A stretch of 64,000 nucleotides of DNA, from the NCBI GenBank assembly GCA_964016885.1, contig OZ024762.1, positions 11,780,001 to 11,844,000 of the forward strand, given 5' to 3'. The position numbers and the translations under genes were made by a program. This stretch comes from Eledone cirrhosa (Eukaryota). Below, in pieces: positions 38,576-52,170 of the stretch. Within the stretch, counting starts at the first letter, position 1. Every line of letters begins with the position of its first letter. Under the pieces are notes generated by a model. The model saw only the letters and a list, made by a program, of their open reading frames with translations, had not been told where the DNA came from and did not search any database.

Positions 38576-38774
38576 GTGCTATCTTGCTTTGATTTTTTTT
38601 CTTTTCGTCTGCAAGATAAAATTGTTATTATTATTGTTGTGCGATTACTTGGTGAAGGTCAGGGGGTTCTCGCACATGGCCGCACTAGCCACCCCACTAC
38701 CATGCGCAGCCATAACATGGTTAGTATTATTACTGTTTACGCAGTTAGTGTTATATCTGTTTTTGCCCACTTCT

Positions 38775-39040
38775 ACCTGAGAGGGTCATGGGAGTCAGAG
38801 TCCTCAAACATTCCCTCCAACAGCTCCTGTCAGAAACAACCATCTCCAGCTGGATCCCCAAGCAAGACCAGCCAAGCTCATGGATGTTAGCCAACCATCT
38901 TGCTCAGGGTCTACCCTGGGTCTCCTACCTGTTGGTATCGCCCATAAAATCTGTCCAGTGATTCTTTCCTGAAACATTCTAACCACATGCCTATATTATC
39001 GGAGCTGTGATCTGTCAATTCAGAGAAGTATAGGCTTTAC
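38775..39040 (-). mobile_element. RTE/Expander-like LINE 3' fragment
   Basis: HVVRMFQERITGQILWAIPTGRRPR; homologous to 54940-55165. Confidence 0.65.
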
Positions 39041-39687
39041 CTATATATATATATAGGTAGCTGGATTTCGAATTAGGTTAGCTACACAACGCATCTACAT
39101 TTTTCTACACAAACACATATGTATATATACATTTACATATATAATAGCTGTGTGTGTGTGTATATATATATATATATCTCATCATCATCATTTTACGTCC
39201 ACTTTTCCCTGCTTGCAAGAGTAGGACGGGTCCTATTCAGCACAGCATCTCTCCATTCATCATCTCCTCCGTGAGCTTCAGTGATCTGAGATCAGTTCTC
39301 ACCACCCCCGTCCATGTTTCTCACGGTCTTCCTCACTCCCTAAATATTTACCCATTGCCCTGCTAAATTTCCACATATTCCTATAACTTCATACCTATCT
39401 CCCTCACCAGAGCAGAGAGGGCTCTACATTTAGGTCTGTGACCAACAACCTGTCTAATGAAGGTGCCACGAAAATACACTCGTTATACTCCATAAGGGTG
39501 GTTGGCGACAGGAAGGGTACCCTACTGTAGAAACTATACCTAAAAGGGTTGAAAGGACCCTTTAGTTGTATCAAAGACACAACCTCTCTAGTGTTGATGA
39601 TCTACACGATAAACGCACCCACTACATGCTGTCAAGTGGTCGTTGATAAGGGATCCAGCCGTAGAAGGATTACTAAACCAAGGTTTG

Positions 39688-40118
39688 GGCCATATCCAAT
39701 TTTAGCGGCCTAAATGCCGCTTACTTCAATGTATGAGGCTATTCCAACAAATTTACATTCCCCTTTTTTTAGCCGTTAAAAGAAATATAGATTTATTTAT
39801 TGTTTTTTTTTTTGCGATTTATTTGCCACTGGGGCATAGATTTCTTTATTTGCCACGTTTTTGTTTGTTTGTTTGTTTTTTTGCGATTTATTAGCCTTTT
39901 GGGGTCACACACACACCCGTAGAAAGTATGCGACCTTTCTGTCAGGGAGCACAGAGAGAGGGGGGTGCTCCCTTCTTCTCTTACTTGTACAAACCATTTG
40001 TTGGCTGGCGACATATCCCCAGTTTCCTCGTTCTGGGAATGTAAATTTGTTGGAATAGCCTCATACATTTAAGTAAGCAGCAACTACAGCAAGTAAGCGG
40101 CTAAAATTGGATATCGCC
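39688..40118. mobile_element. Non-autonomous DNA transposon (MITE) with ~75-85 bp TIRs and an 8-bp TSD
   Basis: TIRs ggc(c/g)atatccaattttagc...aatgtatgaggctattccaacaaatttacattccc. Direct repeat aaggtttg at 39680-39687 and 40119-40126. Confidence 0.8.
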
Positions 40119-40273
40119 AAGGTTTGGGAGGACCCTTTATTTGTGTCAAGGACGTGACAGCCTCCCTAGTTCTGGTAATCTACACAATAAAAGCACCCAG
40201 TACACGCTGTACAATGTTATGAAGGGCATCAAGCTACCGAAAGCTTGCTAAACAAGGGGTTGGGAGGATCCCA

Positions 40274-40321
<48 letters not shown>

Positions 40322-40515
40322 TATATATACACGCTGTCTTCTGTCAGTATGTGTTGCCTACTTCTGTATAATATATGCAGGAGACAGACAGAGAGAAGAC
40401 GACATATTTGTGGCTCAAATGCTGGACAACGTTTGAGTGACTTTAAACATATTAGCCACAGTTCTATGAAATAAATAAGAGAAATTAAAGCCATACACGA
40501 CAAATAAAAGCTTAC

Positions 40516-40539
40516 CTGTTCAACAGTTACAAGAGACAT
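40516..40539 (-). CDS. Possible first coding micro-exon (MSLVTVEQ) of an unidentified gene
   Basis: ATG in acaATG context, strong donor cag|gtaagc, and CpG-richer non-repetitive sequence upstream (40540-40900). Confidence 0.25.
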
Positions 40540-41809
40540 TGTTTTGAAATAGCGGTGTAAAATTAATTATGACACCGGTGTAACTATTTCATAATACCCA
40601 TACTTTATCATACTCCGCTTGCCTTTTTAAATATGTATATATAAAATGTACAACATAAATGGCAATAAGAAAAGTAAAAAGAATGAGAAGTTAAAGAAAA
40701 AATAAATTAAGCAACGAAAGTAAGGGAAGGAGGTACAAACTTTACTCCCGAGTTTCAGCTGTGCCAAGTGAAGACTTTTACACGGAAAATAGCCAGTGAC
40801 GCCCGTTGCAATAGCCACCCTACCTCACAGAAGAACCCCGCTCCCCATTCAAGCAAGCATTTCAGCCCTAACATCTACGATGATGCAACAGGTTGACGCT
40901 TTACCGTCTATATATATATATCTGTAATACACACACGTATATATTGTGTGTGTATGTGTATATATACACGTACATAGTATATGTGTATATAAACACATCG
41001 TTGACGTTCTTCCAAATTTTCTGTGTATCCCTTTTGTGTCATTTGAGGGATATTTAGCTGCTATTTTTAGCCTGTTCTACGGCAGAAGAGGCTACAAGAT
41101 ATTACATTGTGTGAATTAAGAGTGTTTCTGGCTGTTATTTATAGCATGAAGTAGATTTTTCTGTTGGGCGGTTGTTGAAATGTACTGGCTGTCAGAATGA
41201 CCAGTTAATCTAGTGGCTATCTAGTTGAACACTCGAACGATGTTGTCCAAGAGAAAGGCAATGGCTGGTACAGCTTGGCACTAGTGACATCGCATCTTAT
41301 ATTTTTCAACGGAATGAAATAGAGCAATGTGAAATAACATGTCGTTTCAGAACACAACACACTGCACAAATCGAACCCACAAACTTCATGGTTTTAAGTC
41401 CAATGCTGTAACCCCTATGCATATTATATATATATATATATTATAATTGTTTCTACTTTTGGCACAAGGCCAGCATTACTGGTACTTTATTTTATCGACC
41501 CCGTAACAGATTAAAGTTTAAGCAAAGAATCGCTGCTTTCACCTTTAAAGGGATATTCTGAAACTAAAAAGAAATCAATCTGTAGACGTAGAAATAAACA
41601 TTTGCTTTATATATAATCCTTATCGAGCCCTCTATATATATATGTGTGTATATATATATATACACACACACAGTCCCCCCCCCAAAAAAAAAATTGATTA
41701 CACATTTCAACAGCATTCTCATCAAAGTATGTCTACATTTATTTGGGACACCCTGTATATAAATGCCCCCCGCACGCACACAGAATGTATACATTTATTT
41801 GGGACACCC

Positions 41810-42125
41810 TGCCAACAAGAAGTGGAGCACTCAATACCCATGGTATGTGTTACCTGCCAACAAGCAGTGAAGCACTCAATACCTATGGTATGTGTTACCT
41901 GCTAACAAGCAGTTTAGCACTCAATACCCATGGTATGTGTTACCTGCTAACAAGCAGTGAAGCACTCAAGACCCATGGTATGTGTTACCTGCTAACAAGC
42001 AGTGAAGCACTCAAGACCCATGGTATGTGTTACCTGCTAACAAGCAGTGAAGCACTCAAGACCCATGGTATGTGTTACGTGCCAACAAGCAGTGGAGCAC
42101 TCAATACCCATGGTATGTGTTACCA
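41810..42125. repeat. 45-bp minisatellite, 7 copies
   Basis: Unit tgccaacaagcagtgaagcactcaatacccatggtatgtgttacc. Confidence 0.9.
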
Positions 42126-43329
42126 ATGAGAGCACATAAAGCCCATGGACAATCCCTTGTCACACTCACCACCTTAAAATACATAGAAACAGTGACCAGT
42201 GTTACCTGTTGGAAACCTGTCGCCAAGAGGTTTTGAAACTTTTACAAAAAGTTACAAAACAAAATGGAGGGAAAAAAAAAACAGACAAAAAAACATTAAA
42301 TAAAGAAAAACTAAGATGGGTTCTTTTTTGTTGTTTTTTTTTTATAGTTATTGTTGATTATTATTTTTTCTTTGTTTGTTTTTTGTTTTTTTCCAAACTG
42401 AAAAAGTCTTTCCAGAATATTCTCTTTATACATTTTATAATGAATGTATAATGTGTCATCTGTTTGATAGTCATTGGATTTATTCCATGATTAAACAGGG
42501 CTTAATTACAGGTAAACAGAAGAAAAGAACCAAGATCTGACCCCTGGTAAGGGGAGGGGTCTCTGTGCTTTCCAAAGATTGGGGGGGGGGGCTTAAAAAA
42601 AACTCTAAGAGAGAGGGGGGTAAGGAAAAACAACATACCCACCCCTGGGGGCATTAAAAAATAGTTTGTTTTCATTCCTTTTATATTTTTCATGATTTAT
42701 CTTTTTTGTTTTCGTTTTACTTGGGACGGTTTGTGAAGAATTAGACCAGCCATTGAGAAGAAAAAAAAACAACAATGATAATGGTGGTGCCCCAGCATGG
42801 CCACATATCATGGTCTGAAAGGTGTAAAATAATAATAATAATAATAAATGAAAATGATAGATAACACTGAAATAAAAATACATTAATGCAAAACTTCTTT
42901 CTTGACCCTTTAGACCAGCTATATCCGGCCAGGATTCTTTCACCTCTTTCTGTTCAAACCGGCTTTAACTGACCACTCATACTGATGTTAAGGTATTGTT
43001 TTCAAAATCTCATAGATTCAACATTATGAGATAATTATGTGAGGTAAAGCCTTTACCACGAAAATACATTAGTGTCTATAGAGTAATGTAAATGGTAAAG
43101 GGTTAAACCTTTCATTACCATATTTCTAATGAAAGACACTACCAATGATTTTGAAATTAATCAAAAATAGAAAAGCTGTTTAATCCTTTCATGACTGTAT
43201 TTCTAATGAAATATGAAGAATTTAAGGAGGGGTGGGGGGAGTACTAAAATTATTAATTATTCTATTACTAAGATAGTAACTTAATCTACCTTGAAATAAG
43301 TATGAGCAGCTGATAATGGCCAGCACATC

Positions 43330-43930
43330 AGGCCGGTCTTTATCCCAGTTTCTGTGGGGATAAGCAACTGATAATGCAAGACTCTCCCCTGGACAGGACG
43401 GCAGTCCATGGCAGGGTTAAACTCCCAGATATTACTGGTACTTATTTTCAGGTGAGTATTCTGGAGCAATATGAAATGAAGTGTTTTGCTCAAGAACACA
43501 ACACAGCCTAGGAATCGATCCCATGACGTTATGATTGTAATTCAAACACCCTTACCACTAGGCCATGCACCTCCACAATGTATCATCATCATCATTCATC
43601 ATTTCATTTTACGTCCGCTTTTTCCCTGCTTGCAAGGGTGGGACGGGAACGGATTCTGGCTTGATTTCTACAGCTGGATGCCCTTCCTAACACCAACCTC
43701 ATTTACAGTGAGTGCTGGGTGTTTTTTTCCCATGACACTTCCACGACCACTTTGCAGTGGAATGATAGGGACCCCAGTCTCTATCATCTCATTTCTACAG
43801 CTGAGTAAACTGGAGCAATGTGAAATAAAGTGTCTTGCTCAAGGAAACAACACATCACCCGGTCTGAGAATTGAACTCACAACCTTTTGATTGCAAGGCT
43901 AAAGCTCTAACCACTAAGCCATGTGCCTCC
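43330..43930 (-). mobile_element. Cluster of degenerate tRNA-derived SINE copies
   Basis: Repeated ctggagcaatgtgaaataaagtgtcttgctcaaggaaacaac segments. The - strand shows A/B-box-like tggcttagtgg and gagttcaattc. Confidence 0.55.
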
Positions 43931-44026
43931 ATGTGTATACATATATAAATACACACACACATATATATATGTATAGATTCACACACGTGTGTGTGTATGT
44001 ATATATATAGATAGATACACACACAG

Positions 44027-44063
<37 letters not shown>

Positions 44064-46489
44064 TATATACACACACACATATATATATATAGGTAACACG
44101 GTAAAAACCTCCCAGTTCCACACTGTAAACGTGGTTGGTGTTAGGAAGGGTATCCAGATGTAGAAAACCTGCCAGATAGTCCTATATGAGCGAGATATGG
44201 TCACCCGACCAATCTTGCCTCAAATGGGACAATTCCCATCTAACCCATGCTAGCGTGGAAGATAGACGTTAAACGTTGATGATGATGATATATATATATA
44301 TATCATCATCATCAACGTTGCAAGCAGGGAAAAGCGGACGTAAAATGATATGATATATATATATATATACAGATATATAACGTCATGAATATAGCAAACA
44401 CATTAAACCTGGGGCTTAATGAATGCTAAAGGGTTAAAGTTGTAAGATAGATAGGCTACATTTGTAAAGCTAAGGTAGTTCAGGTAAATATTGGTGGTGG
44501 TGATAGTGATGGTTGTGGTGGTAGTAATGGTGGTGGTGTGTGATAGTGATGGTGTTGGCGTGTTGATAGCAGTGGTTATGGTGTGTGGTAGTGATGGTGG
44601 TGTTGGTAGTGATGGTGGTGGTGTTGGTAGTGGTGGTGTTGGTGATGAAGTAAAATGGGAATAAATACATCACTGGTTATAGTGAGAGAAAAATGAATTG
44701 AAAACACAGACACACACATAGAGATAGAGAGGCAAACACTCACACACAGAGATAAGCAGACACACACACATTTGAACATTCAAAATAAATAAACATTTTT
44801 CTTTTTTATGGTTGAGATAATTAATGATGATGTTAATGGTGATGATGATAAAGAAGAGAAGGAAAACAGTTAAATAATATTAAAAAGGAAAAGAAAGCCC
44901 CCGCCTCCCACACATCATTAAAAACAACAACAAACACATCTGCCATGGCTGGATTGGCCGGGAACAGAACAGAATTACTTCATTAAAACATCTTTTTTGC
45001 TTTTTTTACCAAAAAAAAAAAAAAAGAAAAAAAAATGAAAGAACAATATAGTAAAAGCAACAAAAACAAAAATGAGAAACTGGTAGTTGCCCCAGCATGG
45101 CCACAGTCTATCGGCTGAAAATAGAAAGAGAGAGAACACAAAAAATATGTGAAAATATTTAAATTAAAATTAGTAGTTGCTGTAGCATGACCACAGTCCA
45201 TGGGCTGAAACTGGTAAAAGACAGAGTGAGAGAGAGAGCGTGAGAGGGAGATTGACAGGGAGAGAGAGAGTGTGAGAGATAGACAGAGAGTGAGAGATAG
45301 GGAGAGAGAGTGTGTGAGAGAGAAAGAGACAGTGAGAGACACAAAGACAAAGAGAGAGAGAGAAAACCCCCCCACCTCAAAAAAATAAGTGAAAATATTT
45401 AAATTAAAATTATTGGCCAGTTTTAATGTTCAATTTTTTAAATTTTTTATTTTATTCCATTTTAAAATTTTTTGTTCTTTTTTCAAATTTTTTTTTTTTC
45501 AGAAATTTTGCCCAATTTTCTTTCTTCATATTTTTAGCTGATTTTTTTTTTTTAAATTTCTGCCAGCATTTTTTTTTTCCTTTTTGTAAAATCTTTTTTT
45601 GGGGAGTGGAGGGGGGGAGGCAGAAATTTAATTTAGGGCGTTCCTTATATTTATTTTGAGGGCCCTATTTATTATCCATAGTAATTGTGTGATTTTTTTT
45701 CACTGTTGTTTTAAAGAAGACAGTAGTAGCTTCAGTTTATTATCATTATTGTTATTGTTATTCATCGGTATTCTATGACATATAGAAGGGACAAACAGAC
45801 AGACAGACACACACAAACACATATATAGACTCACATGGACACACACACACCAACACATACACACATGGACATGCCAGTACCTTCACCCCTCCCCCACAGA
45901 TATAGAAAGACACCAACACAGCAAGTCACACACACACACCAGTACCCTCACCCCCGCACACATATATGGACACACACACCAGTACCATCTCCCCCTGCAC
46001 ACATATATGGACACACACCAGTACCATCTCCCCCTGCACACATATATGGACACACACACACACACACCAGTACCCTCTCCCCCACACACATGGACACACC
46101 AGTAACTCCCCCCCCCCATCCACATATATGGACACACAGATACCAACACATTAATCTACACACAAACTCACATGGGCACACCAGTACGTAGCCCCCCCCC
46201 CCCCCCACACACACACACAGAACTCAGAGATTTATTCACTTTACATGGAGAAGAGTGTTAACTAGGGTGGGGAGGAGGTGATATAGACAGGGTGGGGGCA
46301 GAGAGGAGAGAGAAGACAGATTGTTGCACTAATTCATTCTCTCTCTCTTTCTCATAAAAGAGAGAGAAAGGTTGGTTAACAATGTCATCAGGGATGATAT
46401 TAACAATGTCCCAAACCAACTGAAGTGGAAAAAATAGCTGTTCCGAACAGGAATTCAAAACCAAGCCATGGGACTCACCTTACACCACA

Positions 46490-46975
46490 CCCTCCCACTA
46501 CATGGATATTTCACCTCCATACCACACCACACCATAACTATATGAATATTTTACCTCCACACTACACCTCCCACCCACCACCACATGGATATTTCACCTC
46601 TACACAACCTTCAACACCACACATGTATTTCACCACCACACCCCTACATGGATATTTCACCTCTACACAACCTTCAACTCCACACCACACCCCTACTACA
46701 TGGATATTTCACCTCTACACAACCTTCAACTCCACACCACATGTATTTCACCACCACACCCCTACATGGATATTTCACCTCTACACAACCTTCAACACCA
46801 CACCACATGTATTTCACCACCACACCCCTACATGGATATTTCACCTCTACACAACCTTCAACACCACACCACATGTATTTCATCTTCCACACACCCCCAC
46901 TACATAGATATTTCACCTCTACACAACCTTCAACACCACACCACATGTATTTCATCTTCCACACACCACAACACG
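46490..46975. repeat. Degenerate ~65-bp minisatellite
   Basis: Repeated catggatatttcacctctacacaaccttcaacaccacaccacatgtatttca. Confidence 0.85.
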
Positions 46976-48059
46976 TCACATTTAAAGGTGACAACTTGCA
47001 GAAGATAGTGTCTTAAATTTCTCAGATTTTCGAAAGAGTTAATCTCTACAACATACACAACCACATACATACATAACCACACACTCACATACATATACAT
47101 CCATAACCACACTCACATACAAAGGTGACAATATCTAACAGTAGTAGTAGCTGTTGCAGTTGTTGTTACAATAGTAGTAGTAGTAGTAGTAGTAGTTTCA
47201 ATATTCTGATGTTGGTTAACAAATTCACAAGACTGAGGTTGAGGGTTTTTTCGTTTGTTTTAGTCTTTTGGTTGTGTTTTTTTGTTTTCCATCACTGCAA
47301 ACTTTCATTTGTCTGTTAAACCTCTTTCTCTCTCTCTCTATATATATATACATATATATATATATATGTCTCTCTTCCTCTCTGTATATACATATCTGCC
47401 TGTCTCTCCTCCCCCATCTCTCTATCATCATCATCATCATCATCATCACTGTTTAACGTCCATTTTTCCACGCTGGCATGGGTTAGACGAGTTATCCCGT
47501 TGAACAATGCTAGGTCAGGTGACCATGTCATGCTCATATATATACACATATATATATATATGTCTTTCTCTTTCCCTCTCTCTATATATATCTGCCTTTG
47601 ACTTCCTCTCTCTCTCTCTATATATATATACCTGTCTCTCCTCTCTCTCTATATATATATACCTCAGTCTCTCCTCTCTCTCTATATATATATATACCTC
47701 AGTCTCTCCTCTCTCTCTCTCTATATATATATATATACCTCAGTCTTTCCTCTCTCTATATATATACCTGTCTCTCCTCTCTCTCTATATATATACCTCA
47801 GTCTCTCCTCTCTCTCTATATATATACCTCAGTCTCTCCTCTCTCTATATATATATACCTGTCTCTCCTCTCTCTCCTGTATGACAGAGGAATTTTGCTG
47901 TCCGTTCTGTTTCCTTTTTGTTTTTTTATTTCCATTATAGGGAATCAATTTTTTCCAATTTTACCATTTCTGTCAACTCTCTCTCTCTCTGTCTCTCTTG
48001 CGACAGGAATTTCTTGTTTTACTTGGGGGAGGGGGGGGGTATCATTTCTTTTCCAATCC

Positions 48060-49140
48060 TTCAGTTTCTGTTAACATTTTCCCTCCATTTCGCTCTCTCC
48101 AATGTGTCTGTGACAGAGAAAAATCTTGTCTTTTGTCCATCATAGAACCAAACTGTCCATTCTCATCTCTTCTCCATCTCCTCTCTCCATCCTGTATGTC
48201 TGTGACTGAAAAAATATTGTTGATGTCATTGTTGATGTCTTTTACTGAATACAAAACCAAATCTTTCCATCTCTCTCTATCTCCCAGATGTCTGTGACAG
48301 AAAAAGTCTTCTTGTCTTTCATATTGCCCATCACAAAAACCAAACTGTCCATTCTCCTCTCGTCTCTCTCTCTTGTATGTCTGTGACAGAAAATTGTTGC
48401 TGTTGTTCTTGTTGTCTGTTATTGAGCACAAAATTAACCTTTCCGTCTCTTTCTCGAATGTGTCTGTAACAGAAAAATGTTGCTGTTGTCATTGTTGTTT
48501 TGTCTGTTTTGCCCATCACAAAATCAAACTGTCCATTCTCTTCTCCATCACTCTCTCTCCAATGTGTCTGTGACACAGAAAAATCTTGTCTTTGTATTGT
48601 TCAGCACAGAACCAAACTTTCTCCCTTCTCTCTTCCCTCTCTCTCTCCTGGATGTCAGAGAAAAATGTTGCTATTGTTGTTGTTGTCTTTTGTCCATCAC
48701 AGAACCAAACTTTCCCTTCTCTCTCTCTCCTGGATGTCAGAGATGTTGTTGTTGTTGTCTTTTGTCCATCACAGAACCAAACTTTCCCTTCTCTCTCTCT
48801 CTCTCCTGGATGTCAGAGATGATGTTGTTGTTGTTGTCTTTTGTCCATCACAGAACCAAACTTTCCCTTCTCTCTCCTGGATGTCAGAGATGTTGTTGTT
48901 GTTGTTGTTGTTGTTGTCTTTTGTCCATCACAGAACCAAACTTTCCCTTCTCTCTCTCTCCTGGATGTCAGAGATGTTGTTGTTGTTGTTGTCTTTTGTT
49001 CATCACAGAACCAATCTTTCCGTTCCATTTTCTATCCTTCTCTCTCTCTCTCTCTCTCCTGGATGTCTGTGACAGGCAGAGAAGTATGTTGCTGTTATTA
49101 TTGTTGACGTCTTATTTCTCCATCACAGAACCAACCTTGC
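48060..49140. repeat. Degenerate ~70-80-bp minisatellite with embedded (TGT)n and (CT)n
   Basis: Repeated gtcttttgtccatcacagaaccaaactttcccttctctctc. Confidence 0.8.
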
Positions 49141-49198
49141 CATGTTCCTCTCTATCTTTTTACCTCTCCTATATGTAACTATCTATCTCTCTCTCCTG

Positions 49199-49232
<34 letters not shown>

Positions 49233-49359
49233 TATACATATATTATATATACATATTATATATACATATATTATATATACATATATTATATATATATATT
49301 ATATATATATATATATATATGTATGTGTATATTTGTATGTATGCAATGTGACAGACAGA

Positions 49360-49405
<46 letters not shown>

Positions 49406-49677
49406 CTCTGTTTTATTATTTCATTCTCTCAATAAAAAACAGAAATGTCATCATTTCATGGGGGGGAGGGACCGGAGTAAGGGAGAACCCCCTTCCCCTG
49501 GTAAGAAAGAAAGAAAGAAAGAAAAACAGAAGAAGAAAAAAAAAATGTTTAAATAAAAATTAAAACAAGATATTAAAATGTCAGCATGCAACTTAAAACT
49601 GCCATTTATGGAGGTTGGGTGGAGTGGGGGGGGGGGGGGGGTTTGTTTATGTCAACATAGTTGACATATTATTAACA

Positions 49678-49870
49678 ATAATTGTTTCTACTTTTTGGCA
49701 CAAGGCCAGCAATTACACCAGCGCATTACTGGTACTTTGTTTTATCGACCCCCGTAAGGATGAAAGGCAAAGTTAACCTCGGTGGGATTTGAACTCAGTC
49801 TGTAAAGGGACGCAACTCTATGCTACAAAGCATGGCGTCCGACCATCTACCGATTCTGTAAATCCACTTC
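49678..49870 (-). mobile_element. tRNA-derived SINE
   Basis: Same family as 60991-61181, with B box gagttcaaatc on the - strand. Confidence 0.8.
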
Positions 49871-50659
49871 CGTTATTATTATTAATAATAATAATAATAA
49901 TTATTATTATTATTAATGAGTTTTTTTTCTTTAATTTCTTTCTTATTTTTGTTTTGTGTTATTTCATTTTCAGTTTTTTTTTTCCATATTTTTTTTTTTT
50001 TTGGAAAATTTTTTGTTTTTATTTTTATCAGCAGAATTTAGCTGTCTTGTTTCCATATCTGGTGTCCCAGCAGCCACAGGAGCCAGCTACTGCGCTTGTT
50101 ACTGCATCTGCATATGCAGTATTGCAGCATCATGATGAAAAACCAAAAAAAAAAAAATGGCAGTGCCCCAGCATGGCCACAGTCCATAAGCCGGAACGTG
50201 GTAAGTGCTCCAGCATGGTCACAGACCATAAGCTGGAACAGATAAGCAAGTGCTCCAGCATGGCCACAGTCCATAAGCTGGAACATGGTAAGTGCCCCAG
50301 CATAGTCACAGACCATAAGCTGGAACAGATAAGCAAGTGCTCCAGCATGGTCACAGACCATAAGCTCCAGCATGGCCACAGGCCAACAGGCTTCAAACAG
50401 GTAAAAGAAGTTGATAAAAAAAAAATAAAATAAAATAATAATAATAAGCCAGCCAGCCAGAGAGAGAGACAAGCTAAATTAACGAATTAATTAATTATAA
50501 GAAGTGTACTGATGCCATGGAGACAGGATGAGATGGCACCGTCTGGCCCTGAGATCATGGAACCTGCCCCAAAATATAATGGTTTCTTTTGTTGTTGTTG
50601 TGGTTGTTGTTGTTATTGTTGTTGCTGCTGCTGCTGCTGTTGTTAGTGTTGTTGTTGTT

Positions 50660-50837
50660 TTAGCACGTAGAAATGGTAACGTTGATCCCCAAGTTGCCAT
50701 GGTCGGCAAATAACTGAGCTATGTTGGTATCAAATACCAGGCAATCACTACTTAGAATAGCAGATTGGACGCCGTCGTGGATACTGCGTGGTGTGGCCTC
50801 CCAAGTAAGTCGTCTCCGATGACCACTTAGTTCTAAT
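50660..50837 (-). CDS. SIAH1: Siah coding exon 6 (C-terminus)
   Basis: [58 protein letters not shown], followed by TAA. Confidence 0.96.
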
Positions 50838-52127
50838 CTGAAATTAGGAGAAAAAATAAAACATTAGTCAACAAAGCTTAACCATCATAATATAATTGTT
50901 TCCACTTTTGGCACAAGGCCATCAATTATCCAGTACATTACTGGTACTTTATTTTATTGACCCCGTAATAATTGTTTCTACTTTTGGCACAAGGCCAGCA
51001 ATTACCCAGTACATTACTGGTACTTTATTTTATTGACCCCGTAATAATTGTTTCTACTTTTGGCACAAGGCCAGCAATTACCCAGTACATTACTGGTACT
51101 TTATTTTATTGACCCCGTAATAATTGTTTCTACTTTTGGCACAAGGCCAGCAATTACCCAGTACATTACTGGTACTTTATTTTATTGACCCCGTAATAAT
51201 TGTTTCTACTTTTGGCACAAGGCCAGCAATTACCCAGTACATTACTGGTACTTTATTTTATCGACCCCATAATAATTGTTTCTACTTTTGGCACAAGGCC
51301 AGCAAATACCTAGTGTATTACTGGTACTTTATTTTATCGACCCCGTAAGGATGAAAGGCAAAGTTAACCCTGGCGGGCGGGATTTGAAATCAGACTGTAA
51401 AGGACCATAACTCTATTACTTTGAATAAATAATTGTTTCTACTTTTGACACAAGGCCAGCAATTACCCAGTGCATTACTGGTACTTTATTTTATTGACCC
51501 CGTAAGGATGAAAAGCAAAGTTAACCTCAGCGGGATTTGAACTCAGAATGGCAAGGGCCGTAACTCTGTGCGTCAAAGCATGGCGTCCGACCCTCTACCG
51601 ATACTGCCAATCCAAATGAATGAATATTACATAACTTATGTACTAAATTTCGTAGCTATGGTGACTAAATCGTTAATGACATACACCCTAGTTCAATTAA
51701 TTAATAGACTTAACATATGGTTTAACCTCTTTCTGTAACTATATTTCTTATGGAATACACTTAAAGGTAATTTCTTCAATGCTCTCAACTATCTCTAATG
51801 AACGACTGTTATTACAGTTATTTTCTGCATTTGGGACGCTCATATTTTTAAATATATATTATAAGGGCGCAGTTTGTCTGTTCGTCTGTCACACTCACTT
51901 TATATATAAAGAGGGGGGGGGGGGAATAACCAAGCAAGAGATGTGTGTATATATATATACATAGAGAGAGAGAGAGAGAAGGAAATGGTGTGTTTTCGAG
52001 ATGACAGAAAGTTATGACGTCTCCCTCATCTCTTTATATATAGAGAGAGAGAGAGAAAAGGAACATAATTTGTTTAGAGAGAGTGTATGTGTGTGACAGA
52101 AAGAGGGAGAAGACATCACCCTCATCT

Positions 52128-52170
<43 letters not shown>

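Noticed and set aside
44272-44319. Short perfect palindrome aacgttgatgatgatga(ta)n tcatcatcatcaacgtt
   Set aside because: It is explained by two repeat tails meeting head-to-head at a (TA)n tract and is low complexity.
44470-50450. His-, Cys- or Leu-rich ORFs downstream of Siah
   Set aside because: They derive from simple repeats and minisatellites, with no splice or homology support.
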